DNA from: Octopus sinensis
Taxonomy: Eukaryota
Reading direction: 5' to 3'
Length of the DNA: 64,000 nucleotides
Assembly: GCF_006345805.1 (NCBI RefSeq)
Contig: NC_043004.1
Coordinates: forward strand, 86,304,001-86,368,000
Positions 12,105-25,754 of the stretch are shown here, piece after piece. The translations under genes were made by a program, and so were the position numbers. The first letter of the stretch is position 1. Each line of letters starts with the position of its first letter. The notes beneath the pieces were generated by a model. It was not told the origin of the DNA. It did not search any database and was given only the letters and a program-made list of their open reading frames with translations.

Positions 12105-12280
12105 CGGGGACAATATCAGGGTGGAGCACTTACAGAAAACAACACTCCTTGGAACTGCTAGAATACTTAGAAAAGTACTTAGAAAAAGTACTTAGAATAC
12201 TTAGAAAAGTGGACAGGGATAGCACCTTACCCCAGTCCACTCGTTGTGGAAAGCTGGCGCCTGTGTTACATCATCAACAA
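12105..12280 (+). mobile_element. 3' end of a second R4/Dong-like element
   Basis: IRVEHLQKTTLLGTARILRKVL, a typical RLE-element C-terminus, plus short 3' UTR. Confidence 0.65.
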
Positions 12281-12523
12281 AGTGGAACGACAATGGTTTC
12301 AAATTTTGGCACGAGGCCAGAAATTTTAAGGGAGTGGTTAAGTCGATTACATTGACTACTTATTTTATCGACTCTGAAAGAAAGAAAGGTTAAGTCAACC
12401 TCAGTGGAATTTGAACTCAGAACATAGAGACGTACGAAATACCGCAAAGCATTTTGTCAGGTATGCTAATGATTCTGCCAGCTCACCAACTTAAAATACT
12501 AACAGCAACAACAACAACAACAA

Positions 12524-12554
<31 letters not shown>

Positions 12555-12699
12555 TTTTGTAATTCAAAATATCAGAAAAATAGTATAAACATGATCCCTC
12601 ATAACACCGCCGTTCGATGATATTAGTAAAAGTTGAAAATGCGTAAACAAGCAAGTCGAAAATAATTGAAAACAAGACGATAACAACAATATGAAATTA

Positions 12700-14900
12700 C
12701 ACACTGTTTAATTTTCTAGGCCATGTTTTTACATGATTGTCCGTGTTGTGTGATATCTAATTCCCAGTCGCTGTCTTCCAAAGAAACGCGCGTCCGCAGT
12801 TATGGTTGTTTATACCTTCCTCTTAGATTGCCTCTTTCTCCTCCCATTTTGTCTTTGGAGTTTACTTCTGCAGGTTGGGATTTCTTCTTGTGAATTGTTT
12901 ATAGATTATAATTTCCTTTTTCTTCATGATGTGGCGTCTCTTATGTTGCTTCGGCATATCGTATTTATTGGTAGAGAATGTAATTTGGTCGTAATCGTCG
13001 CTGCTGTCTCTCCATATGGTGATCTACATCAATGAGATTAGTTCTTTCTGTTCCAACTTGGGGCACACGATTCCAAGGGTCCATGTTACAGGGGGGGGGT
13101 TGACATTATTAAAGATTCTGTTTCTAGTTTAAGATCACTTTTCCACATCCATAGCCACCTCTTCTCCGAATCGGTTTCCACATCCATAGCCACCTCTTCT
13201 CCGAATCGGTTTCGGCTTTTGTGTCCCCGTAAAATTTCTTCTACACCTTTTGTTTCCATCTTCTTTCGGTTTCAATCTGCTTCCCATTTTTTGGCTTTTC
13301 TCACTTTTCTTTGACAAAGGTCCATGTTATAGTGTTTTTTGGCAAAGGTCCATGTTACAGTGGGTTTTGTTTTTTTTTTGGCATTATTCTCTCTGAATTA
13401 TGTTTTATGTTTCAATTTCTTTTAAGACACACTCTGCCTCTTCGATATTCTTCGGCGTAAACCACATTTCACCAGGAAATATGAGTATTTTGTCGACGCA
13501 GGTGCCGGAAGTGAAATTGTACGACGCTTGGCACATCATTCCGCTGCCATTCATGGGGCTATTTCTGATCGAATGGAGGACATAACTATTTGGTACACCT
13601 ATAATATATATAGCGAACTCTGTTTCGGTTATATCTTATGACGTACGTTAAACAAGTCTTAAGCTAAATCCTGTGGAATGATATTTTGGAAGGAACACCG
13701 TTTCTCGTAGATGCCTAGGTAGACGTCATTCTCTCAGTAACGGTTTCCGATTTGATGTATAAATTGACGAAGTTTGTGGGGTGGGGTTCGTATTTGTGAC
13801 CATATCGGTTGTGAGAAACAATAGTTAAGGTGTCTTCATGTAGATAGCGTCCGATACAGCTCTGTATTTATCCTTTCCTGCTGTACTGAGAAATTCATGA
13901 TATCTCCAAGGTCTGTGTTATTGCATATGCTCATCAATATTTTTATGAACTAAAACTATCTTTCATCGTACGGAATCGTTGTTTTTTTGCATACATATTT
14001 TGTTTGTTTATGTGTTCGTCTTTCGGTTTATACGAATATGTTGCTTTGTCTGTGAGCATCAGGAGTTGTCTCTGCGAATTCCTGCGTATATGATTACAGC
14101 TATTACCGAGTATTTTTGTAAGTATTCACCGAAGCCTGCTGGGGAGTCAATTTTTACTATTCTCATCTCGCATCCTTGTAATTTGTCGTGGTCGTGTAAA
14201 AGTTTTTAAAGTTTGCTAAATGTACGTCGCGACGTTGGATGTGTTTTGTGTCACGAAATGATATGGAAGTGGTCTATATCGTCGCATCTTTTAATTCGGC
14301 TGAGACATTCGGCATGGTATATGATTATGGAAGAGGAGTACTATTTTAAAAACCATCTGGTGCTTCTCATCGTTAAAATCTATTTTAACAACGTCTGCCC
14401 CAGAAAACTCGCTTTCTTGTGCCCAATTGTAGACACATGTGTATGCTGTATGTGCTTGTCAGTTGTCTTTGCTGTTCGAATCGTTGAAGAAGTTTGTGTT
14501 GAAGGCTTTCTTCCCAGCTTAGTCCATGTTGTCCGTTTGGTGGTTGCTTGCTGACTACTTGTCGACGAAATAACCACTTCTGTATTTTACACAGCTCGTC
14601 CCAGTCTGTCACATCAGTTGTTCTGCCATGTGTCACGTTTTTGATTGCGTGGCAGTGGAAGTGTCTGCGAGACTCAGTTACGTTATTCATATCAAATCAC
14701 CATCTCCATTTACATTTGGGCGAGCGAGCGAGTAAGAGACTCGTACATAGTCATGTGCATTTACGCATATGAGTCGGTGCAACGCTTAGCAGTGCGTTGA
14801 AATAGTGACCCAGTTCAACTATTACCAAGCTTCTGAACCAAAAGTTGTCTGGCATTTTCTATCCGTAATGAATTTTATGTACACTACTAGCAATGATTGC
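12700..14900 (-). mobile_element. Unclassified decayed retroelement-like sequence
   Basis: CpG-containing, coding-like composition with broken frames; internal 35-bp tandem duplication at 13143-13212; no diagnostic motif recognised. Confidence 0.3.
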
Positions 14901-16288
14901 GTGTCTGCTAGATATCCGGGTGCCTGTACTGTGTGCCTATGGTCATGTTAAATTTATGTGAATGCATGCATGTCGATGTGTGTGCAATGTGTATGTGTTC
15001 ACATTATGCAAGAGTGAGCAGAAAGGTGAAATTAGTAAAAAAGGATAGTTTGAAGAAGAAAAAAATCGCATTTTTTCCTTTGGTTTTTGTTTTTGCTTCA
15101 TTCTTATATTCATTTACTAGTTTTAGCTCAATAGCTGTGTCCATGCAGGAGCACCGCTGTTAGTTTTGCTACACTTTCATTACTTGAAACCTCCTTTGAT
15201 ATGTGGAATTTGGCGAATGAAGGAGTTTGGTGTTACTACCCTCATTTGCGTTTCCTGCCTCTGGAACTCTTGTTTATCTCTAAGGTTTTTTGTAAGAATA
15301 TTGGAGATTTGTGGGTCCTTGAAACCCAAGCTGTTGCAATATTTGGTCCTGTACAAGGCAGCGAGCTGGCGGAAACGTTAGTACGCCGGGCGAAATGCAT
15401 AGCCGTATTTCGTCTGCCGTTACGTACTGGAATTTGAACTCAGAACGTGGCGACGGGCGAAATACAGCGAAGCATTTCGCCCGGCGTGCTAACGTCTCTG
15501 CCAGCGATCGCCAACGTATCGACGACAAGTGGTGACGGTTCGAAAGAGGCTACCACGACAGAGAGGGCAAAAAGATTCTCAGAGACAATTTGGTTAGCAT
15601 ATTCGCGGTATATTGAAAGTTGAAAAGCTAGGTTGTAGTGCTTGTTTCTTCTAAGGGGTCACCTATGGAATGCTATGTAACGAACTTGTGAGTGTGAATA
15701 TAACTTCTCTTGTACTTTCGGGGTACAAGAAAGCAATCACTATTCGTTGCTTTAATAATCCAGAATTCTACCAGTCAGAAACAACAAGACGCAGACGTAA
15801 ATAATATATATACTACTTTATTCTCTAATGTGGTAACAGTAACAATAAGTGGTTATCTGGTATCCCTTTGGTATAAATGTGTCGTGCTGAACCTTATCTC
15901 TGTAAAATAAGAAAGTGTTCAAATGCAAAACGACACTGGTCAAAGATGGCGGCGAACAATGGAGACGATGTTGGTCTGCAACAATTTGGTTAAAGGCCTT
16001 TTGGTATGGTGCTGCTAGAATCAAGTCCGGACGGAGAACAAATATACGTGACCGTCGCCTTCAGTCGCTGCTGTCTCAAGTCGTTGGCTGCTGCTGCTAG
16101 CGGTCAAACGTTCTACGACCCCCTTGCCTTGGCTAACTACCACGTAGGCAAAAGGGTCGTGCTTCCGGTGGTTCGCGCATGCGCGAGAGGGCCCTTCCTT
16201 TCTGTGCCTTGGTGAAGGCACTAACACTCGCACGCGCGAAATAGAAAATGGACGGTGCGCGCGCGCGCACCGTTATAGGATCACTACA

Positions 16289-16301
16289 AGGCTCCCCTCT
16301 A
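16289..16301 (-). promoter_or_regulatory. Polypurine tract
   Basis: On - strand agaggggagcct abuts the 3' LTR. Confidence 0.75.
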
Positions 16302-17800
16302 GTGCGTACGCACGAAGGAAACTTATTGTAGTGACTGCAAAACTCAAGGTGGACACAAGATAACCAAATAGCACACAATATAATAAAATGGCAAAATTTA
16401 TATCATACACAAGAAATTTACTAAAGGAAAAAATACTCAAAATGAGCAAAATTCAAAGGTGCATGCGTGAAAGTGGATACGTCACAAAGTATAGAGCCTT
16501 CCGCTAAAAGGAGCGGAGGGAAAGCAAACTCACAGTTAATGAACCTAGGCGAAATTAAAATCCAACTTCTCTAAAGGTGGTTGATCCTGCGAAATAGCAG
16601 TTAAGTCAATTGCTGCAGGAGAGGAAATGGAATCGACAGATAGATCGCTAGTAACACAAAAGGCAAAAGTGCAAGCATGCTGGTGTGATGCGCGACACAG
16701 ATAATTTTCTCTGTTAATTACGTGACCAACAGGGGTCCAACAGGGAGAAATTACGCCTATACATGGCGCAGCGCATGTGAACATCCGACATTCTATGAGT
16801 CGGGAAAAGAATTAAGCTAACGCAAACGTGTTGCAAAAAACAAGGCAATACACGTGCGAAGCAAAGGCGCATGAAATGCAATAGTGCTTGCCAGACCGAA
16901 AAACAGCAATGAATATGCCAGTGGTTGAGCGATTATATGCCTCGTTCGTACAGGAACAAAAGTATGGCATGCCGGCGCGTTATAATGGACAAACAACCCT
17001 CTCTATGTATACGTGACCCCTAGGGTCTATAGAAATGAGGTGTGTCCACAAAAGGCAAATTTAGCATGGAAAAAACAAGCGAGAAAAGCATGTGTGACGT
17101 ATGTATGTGTGAGATAGCATTTATGTGTGTGTACGTGTGTGCGACAAAAAATACATACAAGGTGAAATGCGAGCAAAAATAAAAATACAGCGCATAGAAA
17201 AAATGTCTCTCATGGCTATTCCAGACAATGGAGTTAATTTACCAGTCTGTAATAGCCTGATGCACAATAGCAGTTCGTTCTGTAACAGAATGTTGAAATC
17301 ACAAATGCAGATGCCGGTTGAACACAATGTGTAGCGGTTGTAGCTTCGATGCTGTGACAGGTTAACTGGGTACAGAAGAAATCTCGTAGATAGTGCTGGG
17401 CTGTTAATTCTTGGCGCGCTATGCACGAACAGCGGGAAAGCTAAAGTTCCGCGAGGTTGCTATGTACATCTTGTGGAGGTCGACGGTGTTGAAAGGCGAC
17501 GGTGGTGGTGGCGACTGTAGTGGACTTGAGACAACATCGTTCTTAGTGATGATGGCGACGAAGATAACGACGACGTGAAGTAGAAAGACGACGATGATGA
17601 TGACGAAGGCAGAGAAAAAGCATCGATGATGTGATGGCGTCCGTCATCATTGTTGAAGAATAAGAAAAGGGCTCCTTCTATAACGGTCCGAGAGGACGGA
17701 AACAAATCGTCGAAAGATGAATGCGTAGAGTTAATCGTGTTCCGACTTCGCAGAAAAACTGGATTTCTTTGTTGTTCAGTGATCTCTGGTTTTAGACCAG

Positions 17801-17819
17801 AATCACGTCGGGGTCACCA
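17801..17819 (-). promoter_or_regulatory. Primer-binding site complementary to tRNA-Trp 3' end
   Basis: + strand aatcacgtcggggtcacca equals the 3' end of metazoan tRNA-Trp(CCA); lies 1 nt from the 5' LTR. Confidence 0.9.
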
Positions 17820-18569
17820 GTGTAACGAACTTAGGTGTGTGAATATTCTCGTGCACTTTTGGGGTGCACAAAAAGCTAGCCGTTGCTTTAATAATCCAGA
17901 ATTCTACCAGTCAGAAACAACAAGACGCAGACGTAAATAATATATATACTACTTTATTCTCTAATGTGGTAACAGTAACAATAAGTGGTTATCTGGTATC
18001 CCTTTGGTATAAATGTGTCGTGCTGAACCTTACCTCTGTAAACTAAGAAAGTGTTCAAATGCAAAACGACACTGGTCAAAGATGGCGGCGAACAATGGAG
18101 ACGATGTTGGTCTGCAACAATTTGGTTAAAGGCCTTTTGGTATGGTGCTGCTAGAATCAAGTCCGGACGGAGAACAAATATACGTGACCGTCGCCTTCAG
18201 TCGCTGCTGTCTCAAGTCGTTGGCTGCTGCTGCTAGCGGTCAAACGTTCTACGACCCCCTTGCCTTGGCTAACTACCACGTAGGCAAAAGGGTCGTGCTT
18301 TCGGTGGTTCGCGCATGTGCGAGAGGGCCCTTCCTTTCTGTGCCTTGGTGAAGGCACTAACACTCGCACGCGCGAAATAGAAAATGGACGGTGCGCGCGC
18401 GCGCACCGTTATAGGATCACTACAGCTATTTTTCAATTTCGCTTATCATGGTTTGAATTATGAGTTCCTTAGATATCCATCTATTAACTGTGCATATTTC
18501 TGTTTTAGCCAGTTAAACCGTTTCCCATTCTTATTTTACTATGTATAGTTTCATTTCTCTCTTTTTCAG

Positions 18570-18972
18570 TTTACCCTCTTTGATGTCGTTAAAAAACTTC
18601 TACATTGACCGATACACAACAGAGAAACCAATCTACGCTCTGATAACTAAAAACCAGCGTGGTGAACCTCACATCGAAATGAATATCCGTTTCAAACCCA
18701 AGAAAATGGCATTCTGGAACAAGATAGTACCAGAATTACGAAGACGTGATTTACATTTTGCAAATTACGAGAAAAATCCGTACGAGCGACGCCTGCCGCG
18801 AGACAGCATCGAACCCGACCCGGCTTGGGGACTTATGACTGCATGTATACTACTGTCCATCTTAGTGGTTGTTCTTGCGGTGTTCTACTGTCGGACACGA
18901 CATCTTGTCAAAAGATTATTACGTCAAAGTAGCGTCTCTAGCGGAACTTGCATGATAAACCATGTAAATTAA
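18570..18972 (+). CDS. Carboxylesterase/neuroligin-family gene, terminal coding exon with transmembrane helix
   Basis: Acceptor ctttttcag|; phase matches (GG|T = Gly); has the AFWN motif, hydrophobic WGLMTACILLSILVVVLAVFYC, a basic cytoplasmic tail, and TAA at 18970-18972. Confidence 0.9.
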
Positions 18973-19066
18973 CCAGGGGAGACGACTATTGAACGATTTT
19001 GCTTAATATTTAATTACACAGGCGGTCTGTCTGTTAGGGGCGATTCAGTCACTTTCAAAGACAACT

Positions 19067-19618
<552 letters not shown>

Positions 19619-19940
19619 CATTACTAGCTACAGACAATGAAAGCATGTGGAGTTTTCAAAATAACAACGATATGTGGGCAAAGATTTGTTGGCCACAACG
19701 ATATACATTTGTTGTACGATTGTAAGCAAAAGCTTGAGTGTGAGCGTATGTATGTGCTTGTGTGCTTGTGTGTGTGTTTGTATGACATTTCCTGAGTACT
19801 TCAGTGTATTATATATATTTACATGTCTGTGTGCGGGTGTGTGTGTGTGTGTTAAGACAGTGAATACAAAAGGAAGACAACACACAAGGGAAGTTTTAAC
19901 AAATGTTGTATTAGTTTAACGCTTAAAAAGACGAGAAAGT

Positions 19941-19974
19941 CTTGACGTTTTGGTAAGCAGTCCTTCGTCAGAAG
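19941..19974 (-). ncRNA. Degenerate hammerhead relic
   Basis: On - strand ctt-CTGACGA-a-gg...cc-AAAA-cg-TC-aag; G12 mutated. Confidence 0.5.
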
Positions 19975-20415
19975 TAAGATGGATTATAAATGTACAGTGA
20001 AAGGAAAACAGAAATGTAAGCATGTATGTATGCGACTATGTGTGAATGTATAATCTATCGCGTGTGTGAAACTTGCTATTAATATCACCTTAGACCGAAT
20101 CCCATTTTGGTAAATGAGCAAAAAAGTTGAGGAGGCGAAAAACAAAAGACAATTAAAAGAAGAGAGGGAGAAAAGGAAGAGTAAATGAATGATAGACAAT
20201 GATGGAATGAACTTAAATGTTAAAGTATGAACTCAAATGTTAAATGTTATTCAATATCTTTCTCTATTGCCAACATCATATAAGAATAACGGTTTGGCGA
20301 GGATTTGGAATGCATGATAATTATCAGCATTTCTAGCAGGTTCATAAGAGTATAGCAGGAGTAGCCTCTTTCGCTTGTAATTTACATTGCTTATTTTTAT
20401 TTTTATTTCTACTAC

Positions 20416-20467
<52 letters not shown>

Positions 20468-20481
20468 AATTATTATTATTA

Positions 20482-20710
20482 AGGCGGCGAAATGCGGCGA
20501 GCTGGCAGAAGGATCGTTAGCACGCCGGGCAAAATGCTTAGTGGCATTATGTCGGTCTTTACGTTCAGAGTTCAAATGCCACCATGATCGACTTTGCCTT
20601 TAATCCTTTCGAGGGCGATAAAATAAGTACCAGCTAAGAACTGGGGTCGATGTAATCGACTTACCTAGTCCCCCAAAAATTTCAGGTCATGTACCCATAT
20701 TAGAAAAGAT
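20482..20710 (+). mobile_element. tRNA-derived SINE family B (MetaSINE-like central domain)
   Basis: ggcggcgagctggcagaa...gagttcaaa...gcctttcatcctttcggggtcgataaa...agtaccag with (ATT)/(CAT) tails; copies at 12290-12492(-), 24194-24405, 24449-24670, 31500-31713(-), 41060-41294(-), 45367-45580, 45605-45820, 48586-48782, 60490-60674(-). Confidence 0.85.
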
Positions 20711-20729
20711 CATCATCATCATCATCATC

Positions 20730-20812
<83 letters not shown>

Positions 20813-20826
20813 TATCATCATCTTCA

Positions 20827-20880
<54 letters not shown>
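20710..20880. repeat. (CAT)n/(TAT)n microsatellite
   Basis: Direct reading. Confidence 0.95.
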
Positions 20881-20881
<1 letters not shown>

Positions 20882-22544
20882 TGAGTTCAGTCATTAGCCC
20901 GTGCGGTGCTGGAGGCTGTTACCTTAATGCGTTCAGTCGATTATATCGACACTCCGGTTCTTTGTCCCTGGCTTATTTTACCAACCGTGGAATGAATAAG
21001 ACTTGTGGCGGGTTTTCAGATCAAAATATAATGTTTCGAATGTTCCAACATTTCTAACAGTCGAAGTCTGTTGTTTCTATATATCTTATATATTGCTTAC
21101 ATATTGCTTATGCATGTGTGTGTGTGTGTGCGCGTGTGTGTGTGTGTGTGTGTGCGCGTGTGTGTGTGTGTGTGTGTGCTTGCGTGTGCGTGTGTGTATG
21201 CATCAGTGCGTGTGTGTGTGTTTTTTTTATTTGTGCTTTAACAAGGCTACCAATAGTTTCGTGTAAAAAGATTCTTTACAATTGTTTAAGCGTACCACAT
21301 AGAAACGTTGGTACTTATCTTAATTTTGGATGAGAATACACACACACACACAAGCATATACATATATATTATATTGTACCATATATTTTTCATATATATA
21401 TGTGTGTGGGTATATATATATATATATATATATATACATACATATAGATATGTATATATATACACATATACATACATATCTATATATACATATATGTATA
21501 TACATGTGTGTGTGTGTGCGTGTGTGTGCATGCGTGCGTGCGTGCATATGTGCGTGTATGTGTTCTTAAATACTATGACACTCCTCTATGTATTCAGCAT
21601 CTTCTTTATAACGCTTTTGTTGTTTATTTTTCGATGGTTTTCACGCTGTGATGACTGCATAGTCACGTGATAACTTTTAACTTTCTTAGTCCACTTTTTA
21701 ATAAGAATACTGCAATATTTAGTTTAATGACAAAAGTTGCAATACAGATGGTAAACTCCCAGCAAACCGAGTATGAGAAATGGATTTCGATTCCTAGTCA
21801 TAGCTGTTTCGCTTACTCCGTAAATACTCCTGGTAGATTCATGTATCTCATTATTGAATCCATTATTGTTAATCAGGTGGTTTATAATTACCCCTCTTAC
21901 AAAATAGCAAGTAATTCGGCCTATTTATCAAACTATGGCATAACTTATTCATAAACATATTTATTATAACGATAAAGTAATACTATTGAATATAAACTTT
22001 TGTAGGCGAAAATTCCACGACTGCTTTTAGTCTCAAGAAGTTGATCTTCACCTACTAACACCTGGTGAATTGTGGCATTGAATATAAAGTGTCTTAATCA
22101 TAGATACACCGCAAACCAACTGTAATCTCTGACACCTAAGTTTGGTGTCAGACATGCAATGAACTCGGCAGTGGAGTAGCTTCTATTAAGTGGCACGACT
22201 TGTTAGAAATAGTAGCCAAATTTTCCTCCAATCACACGACACTGTCGTAAAGAAATGACTCGTTGATAATGTGATCTTAGATACACAGTCACTGATAAAG
22301 CAAAAGCAAAGAAGAAAGAAAGAAAGCAAAAAGACAGGATGGTCACGGCTAGACAGCCTTTTGATAACAGATCTGGTTATTCTGGCCTGACCTGGGGTAA
22401 GAAATTAAATACTACCACCACACCACCACCACCACCACCGTCAAGATCAACAACAACTCCCCCACCTGTAGATTCCTAAGCATGAAACTTTTTTTAACCA
22501 TTATTTCGTAATTGGGTGACTACTGAATTTTAAGTATTTATTTA

Positions 22545-22862
22545 ATGCCCTAAGAGCATATCATCTTATTCAGAGTCCGTCCCTCTCCACAGGAGATTGT
22601 TGAGAATTTTCCATATAACAACGCCATGGTAAGGCGTCACCATGCCCAGGGTCCGTCCCATCCCTCCACCCACACTCAGGCTATTAACTATTAACTGTGT
22701 AACGTTTCCATAAATGGTCAGTCACCAGAGCAAGAATCCGTCCCTCTCCAAGCTGTTGACAGTGGCCAGGAAACTCAAATGAATAAAGTGAAATGGTTCA
22801 ACTGGGAATCGAACTTCCATCTCATTGTTCACCTTGTAGGTAGTCTAGCACTGCAGCGCTTC
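22545..22862 (-). mobile_element. tRNA-headed SINE-like element
   Basis: On - strand B box gttcgattcccag; three internal tccgtccc repeats. Confidence 0.45.
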
Positions 22863-23069
22863 TAGTGATTGTAATGATTTCAAATGTAAAGTATGATTGA
22901 ATGTCTAAATGTTTGCAATGAGCTGTTTAGTAATAAGACTGGAACATTTTGGACTGTTAAATTCATCGTTATATATATATACACACACATACGCACGCAC
23001 ACACATATATATATATAAATATACATATATATATATATATATATTATATACATTTATTTATATATATAC

Positions 23070-23102
<33 letters not shown>

Positions 23103-23241
23103 CATACACACACACATATATATAAATATACATATGTATATACATTTTTTATATTATATACATATATATACATACACACACACACACATATTATATATAT
23201 AATATATATATATTATACATATATAACACACACACACACAC

Positions 23242-23287
<46 letters not shown>

Positions 23288-24137
23288 TATGAATGTGTGT
23301 GTATTATATATATACACGCACATATATATACATACATATGGAAATATATTACATATATCGTGTATGTGCGTGAGTGCGTGCGTGGGTGTGTGTGCATGTG
23401 TGTGTGAGTGTGTGTGTGTCCTTGTATATGTAATACACAATACTTCCCTCATCTTCATCGGGGTTCTTGTTCTTCGAGCTAGGGATCTTTATTTCTAAAC
23501 TACGGATAATTTTTATGGTTTCCATTGGTCAGAGTTAACCATCATTCTACACCTAAGAATTTTTTTTTATTTATTTTATATATTTATATATTTATTTGTT
23601 TATAAAGGAAAACTAGTAAGCTGCTCGTTCAGCGAGGCTCTCCTCGCTAAACAATGATGTCCGAGCGAAAGGTAATGTTTGATACAACTCGACACCAATA
23701 ACGTCGCAAAACGAAGTCAGAACGTAAAAGAACTGCAGCAAATACCGGAAGGTATTTTGTTCTGCTCCCTACCGATTCTGCCGGCACACCGCTCTAGACT
23801 GGTATTTTATTTTATCGACAACGAATGGGTAAAAGCCAAAGCTGACCCCGGCGATATTTGAACTCTGAACGCAAAAACTGCAACAAATGATGTAAGTATT
23901 TCATCCGATAGAGACGCCCTTATCCATTACGTCACTAACGCATGTAGATTGTTATATCGTACCGTACCGGACAAAATGCCCCCGTCTTTTCACGTTCTGT
24001 ATTCAAATTCCCCCGAGATCGACTTTGCATTTCATCCCTGGGGGCCAATGAGATTAGTACCAGATGAGTACTGGGGTCTATGCAATGGACTACCCCCTAG
24101 CTCCAAATCAGGCTTTGTGTAGAATGGATTATCATCA

Positions 24138-24179
<42 letters not shown>

Positions 24180-24404
24180 TATTATTATTATTAAGGCGGC
24201 GAGCTGGCAGAATCGTGAGCACGCCGAGCGAAATATTTAGCGGCATTTCACCCGTTGCTCCGTTCTGAGTTCAAATTCTGCCGGGGTCGACTTTGCCTTT
24301 CATCCTTTCGGGGTCGATAAATTAAGTACCAGTTGCGTACTGAAGTCGATGTGATCGACTACCCCTACCCCCAAATTTCAGGCCTTGTGCCTATAGTAGA
24401 AAGG

Positions 24405-24439
<35 letters not shown>

Positions 24440-25199
24440 CATCATTATTAAGGTGGCGAGTTAGCAGAATCGTTAGCACAGTGGACGAAATGCTTAGCGG
24501 TATTTCGTCTGCCGCTGTGTTCTGAGTTCAAATTCCGCCGAGGTTCAACTTGCCTTTTATCCTTTCGAGGTCGATAAAATAAATGCCAACTGAACACTGA
24601 ACTGAGGTCGATATAATCGACTCATCCCTACCCACAAAACTGCTGCCCTTTTGGAAAAACATGAAACCATTATTATTATTATTATATTATTATTATTATA
24701 ATTACTCGTTTTGTACATGAACGCACTGGAATTATCGTTTATAACTGCAGACATCAACTTAACTTGCGGTTTATGCTTAAACTAAGCATAAGCATAAACC
24801 GCATTGATCTTACAACTGTCCCATCCCCCGTCCCCAAATATTGATGGCCTCGTGCCAAAATCTGAACCAATACGTTAGGAACAAAAATAAATAACAAGTA
24901 TTATATACACCAATCACACGGACAAGAGAACGAGCAGGAGTGAGCCATTAACCGGGAATTATACTTTTGGGTATTTCTTGTTTACTCCCTTTTCTTTACT
25001 TTTCTTTTCTTTGGGTTGTTTCAGTCACTAGATCGCGGCCATGCTGGGGCACCGCCTTGAAGAATTTTAGTTGAACTAAACTGTTTGTTTTTTGGTTTTT
25101 TTTTTTTAAAGTCTGTTAGTTATTCTATCAGTCGCTTTTGCCGAACCGCTAGTTACGGGGACGAACACAAAGACACACACACACACACATATACACTCA

Positions 25200-25278
25200 C
25201 ATATAATAAATATGTGTGTGTATAGACATATATACATCATAAACATATATCTATATAATATATATATATATATACATG

Positions 25279-25364
<86 letters not shown>

Positions 25365-25536
25365 GCATTATGTTTATATGTGTATGTATATATTTATATG
25401 TATGTATATGCATATATATATATGTAATATATATATATATACATATATATATGTAATATATATATACATATATATATGTAATATATATGTATATATTAAT
25501 ATATGTAATATATATGTATATATTATATATGTAATA

Positions 25537-25585
<49 letters not shown>

Positions 25586-25668
25586 ATATGTATATATATA
25601 TATATATATATATAGATATATATGTAATATATATGTATATATATAATATATATATATATATGTAATAT

Positions 25669-25699
<31 letters not shown>

Positions 25700-25720
25700 G
25701 TAATATATATGTATATATAT

Positions 25721-25754
<34 letters not shown>

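Larger units (their letters stand above)
15676..18424 (-). mobile_element. Non-autonomous LTR retrotransposon (Gypsy-type ends, tRNA-Trp primed)
   Basis: Two ~610-bp TG...CA LTRs (15676-16288, 17821-18424); 4-bp TSD GCTA (15672-75, 18425-28); PBS and PPT on - strand; 1.5-kb interior lacks gag/pol motifs. Confidence 0.92.

Noticed and set aside
15710-16378. Short ORFs duplicated at 15.7-16.4 kb and 17.9-18.4 kb
   Set aside because: They lie within the two LTRs; duplication reflects LTR identity, not coding
17801-17819. tRNA-Trp gene
   Set aside because: Only the 3' 19 nt including CCA are present, adjacent to an LTR; it is a PBS
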